A stretch of DNA of 64,000 bases from Obrimoposthia wandeli (Eukaryota), in contig CDROCS010000681.1 of assembly GCA_977020255.1 (NCBI GenBank), forward strand, positions 186,001-250,000. The letters run 5' to 3'. Positions 27,433-39,799 of the stretch are shown in pieces (the stretch's first letter is position 1; every line of letters starts with the position of its first letter). The notes below the pieces were generated by a model. That model was not told where the DNA came from and ran no database searches. It saw only the letters and a program-made list of their open reading frames with translations. Both the position numbers and the translations under genes were made by a program.

Positions 27433-28099
27433 GTAGTCATACGATGCAGATTGATAGTATACACGGACTTGTTTAAAATTGTTTGTGGAAGTAGGTTACG
27501 GTTGTATTCACTGGGTGCACGTTATCGTCATTTAAAAGTTTACACATTTTTTTTATTTCTGTTACAATTTCAACATATTAATATGCAAATACTCAATACT
27601 ATAACAGTAGTTATCGCTAAATAGAATATGTTTGTTATTGAGGACTGATTGGTTTTTTCGTCGTTCTTAAGAACACTAATGCTTTACGATCTGTTTTTGC
27701 CAAAAAATTCAGTTCCATATAAATATTGTTTGAAATTTATAATAAATTCGTATTCTTATAAAAGTTATTTTTTGGTAACACAATTTCCTATCTCATGGGA
27801 AGTCAAATGTCTTGAAGCGTATGTAATCACATTTTCGTTTATCATTTCATCTATCGTAGACCTAATTCAAAAGAGTTAGATTCCACAAACACAGTTTATA
27901 TTATAAATACATAGGAATTTATAAATAAATATTGCCGGTAGGATATTTTGGTTTCTGATTACATAGCTGTGCATACAGGCGTGGGATTTTTAAACGCTGG
28001 AACAATGAAACAGCATGCAAACTCTACACAGTAGGTGATGTACTATGCCATAACCAACATATCTCCCTACTTACATATAGATCCAAAAAATTGAAATAA

Positions 28100-28400
28100 A
28101 AATCTTCACGTGGTATAATGGTGTGGGCGCTTTATCCTCAAATGGCTTAAGAGTATTGGTATTTGTCGAAGAGAACATTAACGACATGGTGTATACTAAT
28201 ATTTTAACCAATATTTGCCACTAATAGAAATTAGTTTAGGTATGACAGTGCGTCATCTTATACTGCCAGACGTTCAAAAGAACGGTTCAACAGAAATGAC
28301 ATTCGAATTTTGGAATGGTCTGCCAATTTATCAAATTTAAATTTGATTGAAATCGTTTGGGGAATATTAGCAAGACAAATTTTTCGCAATAGATTATAAT
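28100..28400 (+). pseudogene. Tc1 transposase pseudogene (catalytic region)
   Basis: GIMVW, YDSASSYTAR (QDNAPCH-like) and LEWSANLSNLNLIEIVWGILARQI (WPSQSPDLNPIEN.W-like). Confidence 0.8.
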
Positions 28401-30099
28401 TTAAAAATATTTATGAGCTTGAAGAAGTTAATTTGTAAAAAAATAGAATATTTAGAGTTCAGTGTGTTTTAAAATTCGTATGCATATTTAAATGAGAAAA
28501 ATATTTTAATTAAATTTATTCAAAAAAGCTGATTAATATATCAAATTTTGTTAACGTTTTAATTTCTTAAATAATGAAGATAGAATATATGGTTTAACGT
28601 TTATATACAGCTAAAATATTCAATATTCAATAAAATATAATTTAAAAAATGTAACTGAAAATAAAGATAAGATTATTATTCGATATTGCAATAATCATAA
28701 TAATTTGATATTTTAAACTGATTAATTAGAAATCACTTTTTCTGTTATGATTAAACGTGCTTGGTTTCTTTTCAAAATTAGAGATTTTGTGTGCAGTTCT
28801 GTATCTTTTTGTCTAATCAAGATTTTTCAGATTTATATTGCACAATAGATTAAAAAATCATTTAGTTGCTTTTTACCTACCATGATTATCTCGTTTCGCC
28901 TAAATATTATAAATGAAAATAATGTCAATTTCTAATCATAAATTAATAATAAATAAATAATTTAAATAACTGTGATAAATGTTTCGATTCAATAGTCATT
29001 ACACGAAAGATAAAGCTTTGGAGCGCGTGGTTCAGCATGCATCTACTTTACTTTTGATCCAATCAGAGTCGATTCATAAAGTCTGGATGACTATATCTAT
29101 GAAATAGTTGATGCAGAGGTTCTTCGTTTCTTTGATTAAGAGTTTATTTAAAAAGTTTTTTATAAGATTAGTAATAGTCAAAATTAGATGATAAATAATT
29201 CTTAATAATGGTGGTAGTGAAATGGGAATTAAACAAAAAGGGAGTAGGCAAAATGAGTATACGCAAAATAGAAAGACACCGTGTATGCTCATTTGTGTAC
29301 TTCTGGGCTATATAATTTTCAGATATGTTAGTCTATTTCAGATTATACAAGTGTTCTTGAGTTGTTTTAAGATAGTTTAATTAAGAAAAGAATAATGAAG
29401 ATGATGAGCTTATGGTATTTAAAAGATCATTTAACTCTTTCACACCGATCAGGTCGATTTTGACTCCCTTTAAAAAATACAATTTTTAACTGAAATTTTT
29501 ATTAAACTTATTTTATTGATTTGTCGGAAAGAAATGGTTAAATTTTTAGAAACATCTTCCGAAAAGTAGTCTTAGTTGTTGATAATTAGTTGCTGATTAA
29601 GTAAATTAATTTGAATTGGCAACAAGAGACCAGTGTGATGACATGTACATGAAGTGCTCTGTATTTGTTTGTTATCATACACGTTAGTTTGTAATGTTGG
29701 CTGAGATATTTAATTAATGTAATGGTGTCATTAGTTACTGAGTTCGAATGTATTGATGATTTGTAGTCAGCTGCTTGTAAATCAAGGAAATTTATATTCG
29801 AAGTAAAAATTGTATGTTAATATCAATTGATGAATAAAGTTAGAAAGAAGAAATATGAGGTTAACATATTAAAGTTGTCAAAATAGAAACAACGTAAAAG
29901 TGTAAACCTATCTTATTGTGGTAAGGAGATTTCTACTAAATTTCTTTGCTGTCATGGAAGGGACTTTAAGATATTGAAATTGCTTGAATATTATCAGTAA
30001 ACCGCCTCTGTAAGTTCGATGATTGATGAGTGTCTGTTTTAAATCACAATTTTGAATTTTCATGAATAAAATAAATGCTCAGGTAGTGATAGTTCTCTT

Positions 30100-30451
30100 G
30101 GAGAACCAATTTTAAATACACAGAAAATATTTGATGTACAATTGTTCAATCTAATTGGTAACATTTCCATTTCCCTAAAATATTAATTAGATTGATGAAT
30201 TTGATAAGCACTTTGGGTTGCTAGTTAATCTTCCACAGGTAAGCTATCTGTATTCTGAGTTACAGAGTCGAAACAGCAACGTCTCGCCTCTTGTGACAAT
30301 GTTCTCCAATATGAACGTGGTATTAGCGAAGAATAAAACAAAGAAAGTGTGCACTGAACTCCAAATCAGACTTCGTAATCTTTCTAAGCGCAAGTTCATC
30401 ACTGATTTCCTTCGAGGCGTTAACCACAACTTGAGAGGTGAACAGCCATAA
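30100..30451 (+). pseudogene. Possible MULE-type transposase C-terminal remnant
   Basis: ORF 30218-30451 ends ..KFITDFLRGVNHNL, resembling the C-terminus of invertebrate Mutator-like transposases; judged by eye only. Confidence 0.35.
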
Positions 30452-31289
30452 ATCTGATTGATTAATTGCTGTAAATATTGTTAATAAAAAAATGAATGAA
30501 CTGTGATATTTTGTTTCAATATTTTCTATAAAAAAATGACATTTTCCGAATTGACTTAATTCTAAAATTTGTTCTTATAAATTGACTTAATTCTAAAATT
30601 TGTTCTTATAAATTGACCCAAAAGCTATAATAGAAAAAACAACAATTTCTACGTAGAATCTGGAAAGTCCTAAATGTCCTACATTAAAAAGGCCAGTCCG
30701 GAACTTCCGTACACCGTATATTCTAGTTATTTACAAGCTAGAACTTGTATGCAAATCTAAATTATTGGATAAAGCTTTAACAAGATTCCGAGAAATTGAT
30801 GGCGAATGTATGAAATAGTTCAATTATTCCAAAAAATTCAGATGGTTAACGATTTTTAAAAAAATATTTGCATACACATAAACTAGTTAAAGTTTTATCC
30901 AATAATAATGCTGAATTAATAATAATGGTAACAATACATTTTTCAGTGACTGTTATGGAAAGAACCTTATCGAAGTTTAAGCCAATTAAAATCTTTATTC
31001 ATTCTACTTAGTTACAATCTCACTGAATTGGTTATTTATCAACAGAAAATGATATGACTGATAAATTCAGAAACTAAAACTGATTAAGGTATTTGCTTGT
31101 ATTAAATCAAGAAATACAGATTTATAAAAAATTATATTATTTTAATTTTTATGGTTTATTTTGTTACTTAATGAACAAAGTTTTCTGTACTGTTGAATCA
31201 AAATCAAGCATCGTTTGAATAGGCCTTTTGTTTGTCTCAAACTACTTTAAGATTGAAAAAGAGCGATTCTGATTATACAAAGGTATTTT

Positions 31290-31560
31290 TAGACATCACA
31301 AGTGTGTATGAAAAAAAGGAAGATGTGGAAAGTAGATAGTAATTAAAATAATTATAGCCAATAAATATATTCAAGGCTTCATAATCGATGAAATGTTGAA
31401 TCGATTGGAAAGTTTAGATAATTTCTCAACTTTGAACCTTCAAAGTGAATTCTGGCATACAGAAAATAATAACATTTTCTACTGGAAATGAACTATGAGT
31501 TTAATGTTATGCAGCCTGCTTTAACAGATGCACCATCAAAATTCTTAATATGTTTGAAGT
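31290..31560 (+). pseudogene. Ty3/gypsy reverse-transcriptase remnant
   Basis: IDEMLNRLESLDNFSTLNLQSEFWH at 31384, then ..EFNVMQPALTDAPSKF (F.VMPFGL.NAP.TF-like). Confidence 0.75.
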
Positions 31561-32137
31561 TAGTGTTAATTCAGCATGAAATTAAATACGATTATATTCT
31601 CGACATTCTATATATGTGACATAGATCAAATTAGCAGGCTAAAAGTGAGAATTGGTAGTGGATTTTACATTTGATCATATTTATGCTATAAAATAACTGA
31701 AACACAACTAAAAAGATAATCCAGTTGCAAAAATCACGAAAATAATTATATAACTTTTTAAAAAAGCTCTTAGACATTAGAAAGATTGGTTAAAGGAAGT
31801 ATTTTACTATATTTTATTAAGATTTATTTGATTGTTGGTTTTTCATTATGTATTAGGCATTAACTTGGAATTTTGTAATAGTTCTTCAAACATTGCATCT
31901 TACCATAATCATATTTAGTAGATTTAATGAAAACATATATAAAATAATATTCAAAGATATTGAAAAAAAATTCAAAATCCCTTACAATAAATTATTTAAA
32001 TATAAATTAAAAAGTTCCATAACTTGTCAAAAATATAATTAACATGCATAAAATGTTTTGCATAAAAATCAAAGAGATTATAAAGAGTAATCAAGATCAG
32101 AAAAAAATATAAAAAATACTTTATTTTATCTGATGTA

Positions 32138-33340
32138 TTATATTCCGGGACTCGCTTTCATTTGTTGGAAAAGTCGCCGTAATTCTTCAATATGCGGATT
32201 TTGACGACCATTTTGATTAAAACTTTGAAATATAGGCATTTGAGTTAGGAACAAAGGTGGGGGCATAATATTTCCATGAGCAAGGACATTCTTTACTATA
32301 AGTGGACTAACAATAGCTATATCACGTTCTTCCTTAGACATAAAATATTGCACAGTGATATTTCTTCCGTATAATACAAAACCATTTAGATTTATGATGG
32401 CTGTATGGGCATTTTCTAATGTGTCAAATAACACATATCCCACTGTAAAAGGAATTTTAGGATTCCTGGGTTTATGCAACTTTAAGCTCAGAATTTTACC
32501 GTAAACTATTAGTTTTGATCTTAATTCTTTCTCGGATATACATACAGGAACATTACCAATGAACACATTCCTACCTCGGTAGTAAGCTTCTTTATCAGTT
32601 TTATTAATTCCCAAATCGGGTTCCACAAGCACATAAGAATCATTAATGAGTTCCCCACAAAATTTTTTAATGGCTTTTTCAACATGTTCGTGTGATTTGA
32701 AGTGTATAAAAGCCTGGCTGGATATTTCATTGTTGCTTAATTCAATTTCTTCTATTTCACCAACTTCCTCAAATATCGCCTTAACTTCTTCTTCAGTTAT
32801 TTCAGCATTGAGATTTGATACACAAACTCTGCTACTGTCTTCATACTTTTTCTTATTAGCACAACGAAAATCAAGTTTCTTTTCATAAACAATTGTTTTA
32901 TTCATCGTTTTAATGCATGAATCTACATCATTGTCATTTCTTAGTGTCAACCATCCAAATTTTGCACTCTGACATTTATTGTTCATTATCACTGATATCT
33001 GAGCTATTGGGAAATCTGGATTTATCAGTGTAAAAAGGGTTTCTGCAGTGGCCTGTGAAGGTAGAACTGCCATTTTTATCTGGGCTTTTACAGAATCATA
33101 GTCGTCACGAAATACAGAAATCTGACAAGGATAGTTCATGACAGAAGTAAACTGAGCTTCGTTGAGTAATCTTGTTGCTATGTCTTCTGCAACATTTGTC
33201 AAGTTAGCAATACTCGGTTTACCCGCATTGTGCACTAACGTAAAGATGACATCAGACAAATCAAATTCGACAAAGACGCTACGAAGCAACTCTTCCGTAA
33301 CTTCTCCATTTAAGTCGCTGATGACAAGTTTACGTGTCAT
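32138..33340 (-). CDS. Intronless, divergent polyadenylate-binding-protein-like protein with four RRMs and no MLLE domain, 400 aa
   Basis: Uninterrupted ORF. RRM starts KLVISDLNGEVTEELL, VCVSNLNAEITEEEV and GRNVFIGNVP. RRM4 ends LNGFVLYGRNITVQYFMSKEER (compare PABP ..MNG..V..KPLYVALAQRKEER), followed by a short P/Q-rich tail. Confidence 0.8.
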   Translation of the reverse strand: MTRKLVISDLNGEVTEELLRSVFVEFDLSDVIFTLVHNAGKPSIANLTNVAEDIATRLLNEAQFTSVMNYPCQISVFRDDYDSVKAQIKMAVLPSQATAETLFTLINPDFPIAQISVIMNNKCQSAKFGWLTLRNDNDVDSCIKTMNKTIVYEKKLDFRCANKKKYEDSSRVCVSNLNAEITEEEVKAIFEEVGEIEEIELSNNEISSQAFIHFKSHEHVEKAIKKFCGELINDSYVLVEPDLGINKTDKEAYYRGRNVFIGNVPVCISEKELRSKLIVYGKILSLKLHKPRNPKIPFTVGYVLFDTLENAHTAIINLNGFVLYGRNITVQYFMSKEERDIAIVSPLIVKNVLAHGNIMPPPLFLTQMPIFQSFNQNGRQNPHIEELRRLFQQMKASPGI

Positions 33341-34559
33341 AATTAATTGTCGAATTATTTTTATGTTTTAAACAAAAAATTTAAGATTTTTTAGTTTTAT
33401 TTTAAAATATGTTACACATTCCTACATGTATTTCATAAGTATTAAACTGTATTGATTATATGTTGAAAATTCTGAATAGTCTTAAGTAAATAAATCTAAT
33501 CTAATAATATATTTTGGATTTTTTAATTAAAAACCTTCATTAAAATATGATATTTTAGGATACATTAATTAGTTTATTTTTTAATATTTAAAATGAATTT
33601 TCTAGAATAAAAATTATTTATCGATATTGTAATAAATTTTGTATTGGAGAAAAATATTTAATTAAAACTTTAAAAGCTAAATATAGTATTTTAAAAAATC
33701 CATAGAAAAATAAATTGTTACAAATTACATAAAATTTTCGAGATATTTCTTAAATTATTTATAAAGATTCGTAACATCCGTATAATATTTTTTATTTTTA
33801 AATATAATATTATTTAGATTAATCGTTACAAAAAAAAATCTTAATTCAAAAATAAATCGAAAAAAGTTAAAATAAATGTATGAAGCAAAATGAAAAGCAG
33901 AACTTTTAAAAAAATGTTTATAACTTTTAGGCGGTCAATTTAAATTGATAAAAATATAATGTCTGTATAACATTTTTATTACATTTATTTTGTAAATTAT
34001 TAGAAAAACTGGTATAATGAAAAAACAAACAAATTAACTTAAATATACAAATGGCAAATTATAAAATTATAAATATATAATTTATATTACTTCTTATTAA
34101 CTTAAAACGGCTTACTATTATGTAATTATTTACATTTTTTTTAAAATTTTAAACTTTTATTAATCCAATATAGATTTATTTTTTATTCTTAAGTTCATTT
34201 GATATTTATTTTAAAATATATATAATTAAAATCCCGGTTTTTCACGTTTCTTGTCATTTTTATAAATAATGTTTTCAATTATATGGACCGCAAAGATATT
34301 TTTTAATTATTTTCATTAATACCATTTAAAAAGTTAATTTAATTTAATATCATAAAATTTCAAAGTTTTATTTTATTGTTGGAGAAATTTAGCTAAAATA
34401 TCAAGTCTGATTTTAAAGTGTTAGTCAAATAAAAAATGTTGTATATTAAAAAATCAATTCAAAAAACTTTTAATAAAATAATTATTTTGAATAGATTTTT
34501 GAGAAACTGTTGGAAACTTTAGTTGTCTTTAAGATAAACTATTGTGTGACATTCTATGT

Positions 34560-34625
34560 CAGGCATGTCAAACACGCAGCCTGCGGGCCACATGCAGCTT
34601 TTCAAAAGTTTATTTGTGACCTGCG
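34560..34625 (+). mobile_element. hAT (Charlie-like) left terminal sequence
   Basis: CAGGCATGTCAAACACGCAGCCTGCGGGCCACATGCAGC resembles the CAGGGGTGTCAAAC.CGCGGCCCGCGGGCC hAT end; the partner end was not found. Confidence 0.5.
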
Positions 34626-35844
34626 ACCGATGACAATTAAAATATTAAGAAGATCATGAAAGGATCTATGATCTTTTTTGTGTTGATATAACTGGACATT
34701 TCTCATCTGAAAAAAAGCAGAAACAAAATAATAACTGATGAGATCAAATGCTTCAAAATCAAAATAAATCTATGGAAATCTAATTTTTTAAAAATTATGT
34801 TTCATAACTTTTTAAATTGTAAAAAATATTGGTAAAGTAGGAACCTTGCTTAATCGACGTGGAAATTTATATTAATAGCAAGAAGCTCTTAGATATTAAC
34901 ATGTCGTATGATAAGGACCACGGATAAGTTTATCTTTAGACTCTTAACATAAATAACAATATTTAGCTGCTTTAAATTCCCTCCAATTTGAAGCAGTCAT
35001 TTTTATTTATTTATGAGTTTTAGCACCAAACCAAAATAAATAATGTAATGTATGTTAGAAATTTTCAATACAAGACTTACCTACATTATGATGATAGCTA
35101 TTTCTTACGGGAGGTGTAAATACAAAACCTGATGCAGCAGGTCAATGAGTTTGTTTGTAAATATTATATGGTATCAACAATGATTCAAAATTTGCATATA
35201 TAACATATTAAGATCTTTAAATTTCGCAAATTCTTGCTCAGGCATATTATATAGCAATTCTCCTTGTTTACTCAATGAACATAATTAAAATTATTTGTCA
35301 TATGCACTTTGTAATCTAAAACTTTGCATACATTTATGACACCACTTACTTTGAATCCTGCTTTTACGAAAATTCAAGACGATCTAAATTTTATACTTTT
35401 ATTTAGTTAAATGTATTTTATTTACTAACAGTAGTAGATTAACAAGTTCATTATTGGTATTTCAAGTCATGTATATGATATTTACAAACAAATGCTTGAA
35501 AATGTCAACCTTTATCTCATCAAAATCCTCATCATCATAATCATATGTTGAGAATATTTTAAGCATTTGAAAAAAAAAAAAAAGATTAAAATTATAAAAT
35601 AAAATTAAGAAATTTCCTTAATTAGGGAAATTTTTGAAGTTATAATCTTTATACACTTTTGCATTTTTATTATCTATTGATCAATCCCCGACCGGCTTAA
35701 CCGGTTTTGCCCTGCCGGGCTCATTGGGGGTATGGCAGACTTATATCTGACTTCGCGATGGGCAATTGCCCGCGAAGTCAGAGATAAGAAGGGAAGATTC
35801 TTTTTTTATCGTGTGCTGACGAACATCGTGGACACATGGTATTA

Positions 35845-36021
35845 CAGTAATTATTCACCTATAAGGGGTCCCACCTATAAGGGTGTCCGGTCACCGAAAA
35901 TTTCACGCTTCACCTATAAGGGTGCCCGGTGACATCTATAAGTGATTCATCTATAAGGGATTCGGTGTCGGTCTCTCAAAAACATGTTTTAATGAATACC
36001 CTTACAGGTGAATAATTACTG
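35845..36021. mobile_element. Tc1/mariner-type MITE, 177 bp, TA duplication
   Basis: TA|CAGTAATTATTCACCTATAAGGG ... CCCTTACAGGTGAATAATTACTG|TA; internal CACCTATAAGGGTG repeats. Confidence 0.85.
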
Positions 36022-36286
36022 TAATGTGCACAAATAAAATCGAAACGCACACATGCACAAATAAAATAAAAATCACATACATACACAAATAAAATCACAC
36101 ACACACATTCATACTTACTGACTCATTTCTCACTCTTCTCTTTCATTCTCACTACTCACTCACTCGCTACTGTTGTATGTGTGTATAATTAGACTACCAC
36201 ACTCTCTTTGATAATGTGGCCCGATCAATCATTACAATCCTCATTTATTATTGTATGTGTGTATAATTTTTTCAATTTCCCATCTA

Positions 36287-36501
36287 CAGTCAGACCTCTA
36301 CATAACGAACACTCTACATAACGAACACTTTTTTTTAACGAACGGTAAACCAAAATTCCCTGGATTTTTATTGCTTTTTATTGGTTAGGAAAAAATAAAT
36401 ACATGTCTTATTGTAAAAGTTTATTAAATTGTTCGTTCCTTTTTTTTAACGAACATGGAATTTTTTGAAAAGTTGGTGTTCGTTATGTAGAGGTCTGACT
36501 G
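36287..36501. mobile_element. pogo/Tigger-type MITE, 215 bp, TA duplication
   Basis: TA|CAGTCAGACCTCTACATAACGAACAC ... GTGTTCGTTATGTAGAGGTCTGACTG|TA, perfect 26-bp TIRs. Confidence 0.92.
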
Positions 36502-36684
36502 TACCTTGTTTACCACACTCTCTTTGATGATGTGCCCCATTCAATCGTTGCAGTCCTCGCTTTCCCGATCCGACTGCAGTGCTGTATCCAGCATCCCTCC
36601 ACTACATCCTATCCCATCAGCCATCATTCTCATCTCATAATTTTGGAGCCACATAAATGCACACACAAAAAATGACTGTTATTA

Positions 36685-37420
36685 CCAGCTATTTCCATTT
36701 TCAGTCTCTCTATCTTATCTGACCGGTCCAACAATGTGACAATCTCTAGCGGTTGCTGTTTTCTTCTGCCCGCGTTGTATCAGTTGCTACCGACATTTGT
36801 GATTGCTATAAATAGCAACCATGGAACAAATTATGATCAACAATTTGAAACGATAATTTGATCAACAATTTGAAACAATTTGAAACGATAATTTGATCAA
36901 CAATTTGAAACAATAATTGGATAAACAATTTGAAACGATAATTTGATCAACAATTTGAAACAATTTGAAACGACAATTTGATCAAGATAACATTGTGTTT
37001 ATTATCTATATATGACCAACTATTTCCATTTTCAGTCTCTATCTTATCTGACCGGTCCAACAATGTGACAATCTCTAGCGGTCGATGTTTTCTTCTGCCC
37101 GCGTTGTATCAGTTGCTACCGACATTTGTGATTGCTATAAATAGCAACCATGGAACAAATTATGATCAACAATTTGAAACGATAATTTGATCAACAATTT
37201 GAAACAATTTGATAAACAATTTGAAACGATAATTTGATCAACAATTTGATAAACAATTTGAAATGATAATTTGATCAATAATTTGAAACAATTTGAAACG
37301 ATAATTTGATCAACAATTTGAAACGATAATTGGATCAACAATTTGAAACGATAATTTGATCAACAATTTGAAACAATTTGAAACGACAATTTGATCAAGA
37401 CAACATTGTGTTTATTATCT
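36685..37420. repeat. Two-unit tandem repeat (about 330 and 400 bp) with variable-copy AATTTGAAACGATAATTTGATCAAC subrepeats
   Basis: Units begin CCA.CTATTTCCATTTTCAGTCTCT at 36685 and 37016. Confidence 0.9.
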
Positions 37421-38831
37421 ATATATCTATATATTAATTCTCAATAATTTGAGTTTTAGATTTGTCGATTGACTTATATAATTCCCAACTTAAATATTAA
37501 CACATATTTAAATTTATTATACATTTATTGATAGATTTTTTTACTTTTCAAATATTAGTAAATCTAAAAGCCTCGTTGGAATTTTAGAAGAATTATATTT
37601 AAAAGTTTTTAGTTAACATATTTCTTCTAATCAATTTCAATTTAAAAGATGGACTTAGTCCAATCAAATTCAATGGTTTAGTTATATTAACGGATGAAAT
37701 TCATGTCTTTGTTACAAATTAGTATAAAAGAACGTGCAATTTGAGAACAAATCATTATAAATGCATTCATATCAAAGACAATTATCAGTGATGGAATATA
37801 GCCAACAGATATTAAGCGATGCTGAAGATTTAGAAATGTTTGAAGAATCGTATAAGGATATGTATGAAGAAGTGAAACCATATTTCAAATACAAAATCAG
37901 ATTCTTGAAGAAGCCTCAACTGATTGCTTTAGTAAATCCTGTGACAATTGAAATAAGAAAGTTTAGCTATTATCTATCAAATATTTAAAAACCTAATTTT
38001 CAATATCTTAAACAGGAAGTTGAAAAAGCAGTTCCAAGTTTTACATTCAATAAGAACGAATTTTATATCTGAGGAGCTAATTCAGTATTTTTAGATGAAT
38101 ATGTAAGATAAATAGATGTTGATGCGATTCCTATAAAGAAGCAATGAATTGTAACAATTTTTAAATTTTAACAACATCTGATATTGATCAATTGAAAAAT
38201 ATTTTGGGATTTTACATACCTGATTATGTATATGAAGGAAATTCTTTCCAGCTTCAAACTGATCCTAGTCTGACTTTTAGAGATGACCTAGGTTATTTGA
38301 TTGTTCCAAATTTAGATGAAGAACGATGAAATATTTCAATATGACTCTATGGATATTATCCTGATGCTAATGAAAAAAATAACATATTTGGACTTTGAGT
38401 GGAGCTAATATGGTGTTTTATATATATATATATTTTTAAATGAATTATTTTAAATAAATTTTACCTTATATTTTGTTTTTCTCCTATAAATTATATAAAT
38501 CTAACCTATATATTTTGTCCTTCTAACATACATGTAGTAATTTATTCATTTAAAATCTGTTATAAGATGTCCTTCTAACAGAAATGAAATAGTTGTCATA
38601 TATTCATATAAAATTATTATCTAAAATCTCGTTTACGATAAGTCGATGGGGTCAATATGGATTCCTGTGGTTTTCTTTTATCACTTTTGAGATTGGACGA
38701 AAAATTTAATTCCAAGTAACACACAAAACAATTGGTGAGATGGATTAGACAGGACAAACAGGCATAAATTTCCCTCCACACACATGCACTAAATTTTACT
38801 CCACATACATGCACGGTTTTAAAGGACAATG

Positions 38832-39600
38832 AGTAGGTAGATGTGTGACTTCTGGAACAAAGCCCCCCCCCTGAGGACAAGTCAAAAATCTAGGTCAAAT
38901 TTTTTGATGAGGACAAAAAATTTAGGTCAAATTTTGAAATTTCCGCGGAAAATTTGAAATATCGGTCAAATTTTTTGAAATTTGCGCGAAAATTTTTGAA
39001 ATTTGCGCGAAATTTTTTGAAAATGTTTAAAATTTCCATGAAATTTTATGAAAATTTTGAAATTTGCGCAAAATTTTTGAAATCAAATATTTTATGACAG
39101 ATGTAGGTCAAATTTCTCCCGAGTACACATGACTTTTTTATTTAAAGTCATGACCTCATAAGGTCAAGGGCATGTCCTCATGAGGTCATGGGAAAAATCT
39201 AGATCATGACCTCATAAGGTCAAGGGCATGTCCTCATGAGGTCAATGTCTAGGTCATGAGCTCATGTGCTCACCATGAGCCCAAAGTTATCATCAAGGTT
39301 ATGAGCTCATGTGCTCACCATAAGCCCAAAGTTATCATCAAGGTTATGAGCTCATGTGCTCACCATGAGCCCAAAGTTATCATCAAGGTTATGAGCTCAT
39401 GTGCTCACCATGAGCCCAAAGTTATCATCAAGGTTATGAGCTCATGTGCTCACCATGAGCCCAAAGTTATCATCAAGGTTATGAGCTCATGTGCTCACCA
39501 TGAGCCCAAGGTTATCATAAGCTTCATGCTCACTATGAGCTCATGTCATGAAAGACAGACATCTAAGCACATCATCATCTAAAAGGAATTATTATTAATC
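38832..39600 (+). mobile_element. Orphan Maverick/Polinton terminus, same orientation as and related to the one at 54353
   Basis: AGTAGGTAGATGTGTG... is 27/31 identical to 54353-54383; 39090-39132 is identical to 54632-54674 (43 bp); no core genes follow. Confidence 0.75.
39256..39545. repeat. 45-bp minisatellite, 6 copies plus a partial, each containing the palindrome ATGAGCTCAT
   Basis: Units at 39256, 39301, 39346, 39391, 39436 and 39481. Confidence 0.95.
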
Positions 39601-39799
39601 AATTATAAATAGAAGATTATTCAAATAATGTTTGAAAAAACACAATAGAAGGAAAATAATCAATAGATATTTGCTCTTTTATTGTGTTTTCTAAACATAT
39701 ATAATCGAAATAATAAAACAATAAACCCTTACTCGATATCGGGAGCAGCAGCAGCAGCATAAAATATAAATAAAATAAAAATTTACCTGAATACTGCAG

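Noticed and set aside
29431-29541. TTAA-flanked piggyBac-like MITE
   Set aside because: The ends match too poorly to call; the same applies to lone TTAACCCTT ends near 24806, 40703 and 47695
39256-39545. CRISPR-like array
   Set aside because: Head-to-tail repeats with no unique spacers, in a eukaryotic context; the same holds for the other tandem arrays
39256-39582. 108-aa MSSCAHHEPKVIIKV repeat protein
   Set aside because: A by-product of a 45-bp minisatellite in subterminal DNA; no evidence of translation
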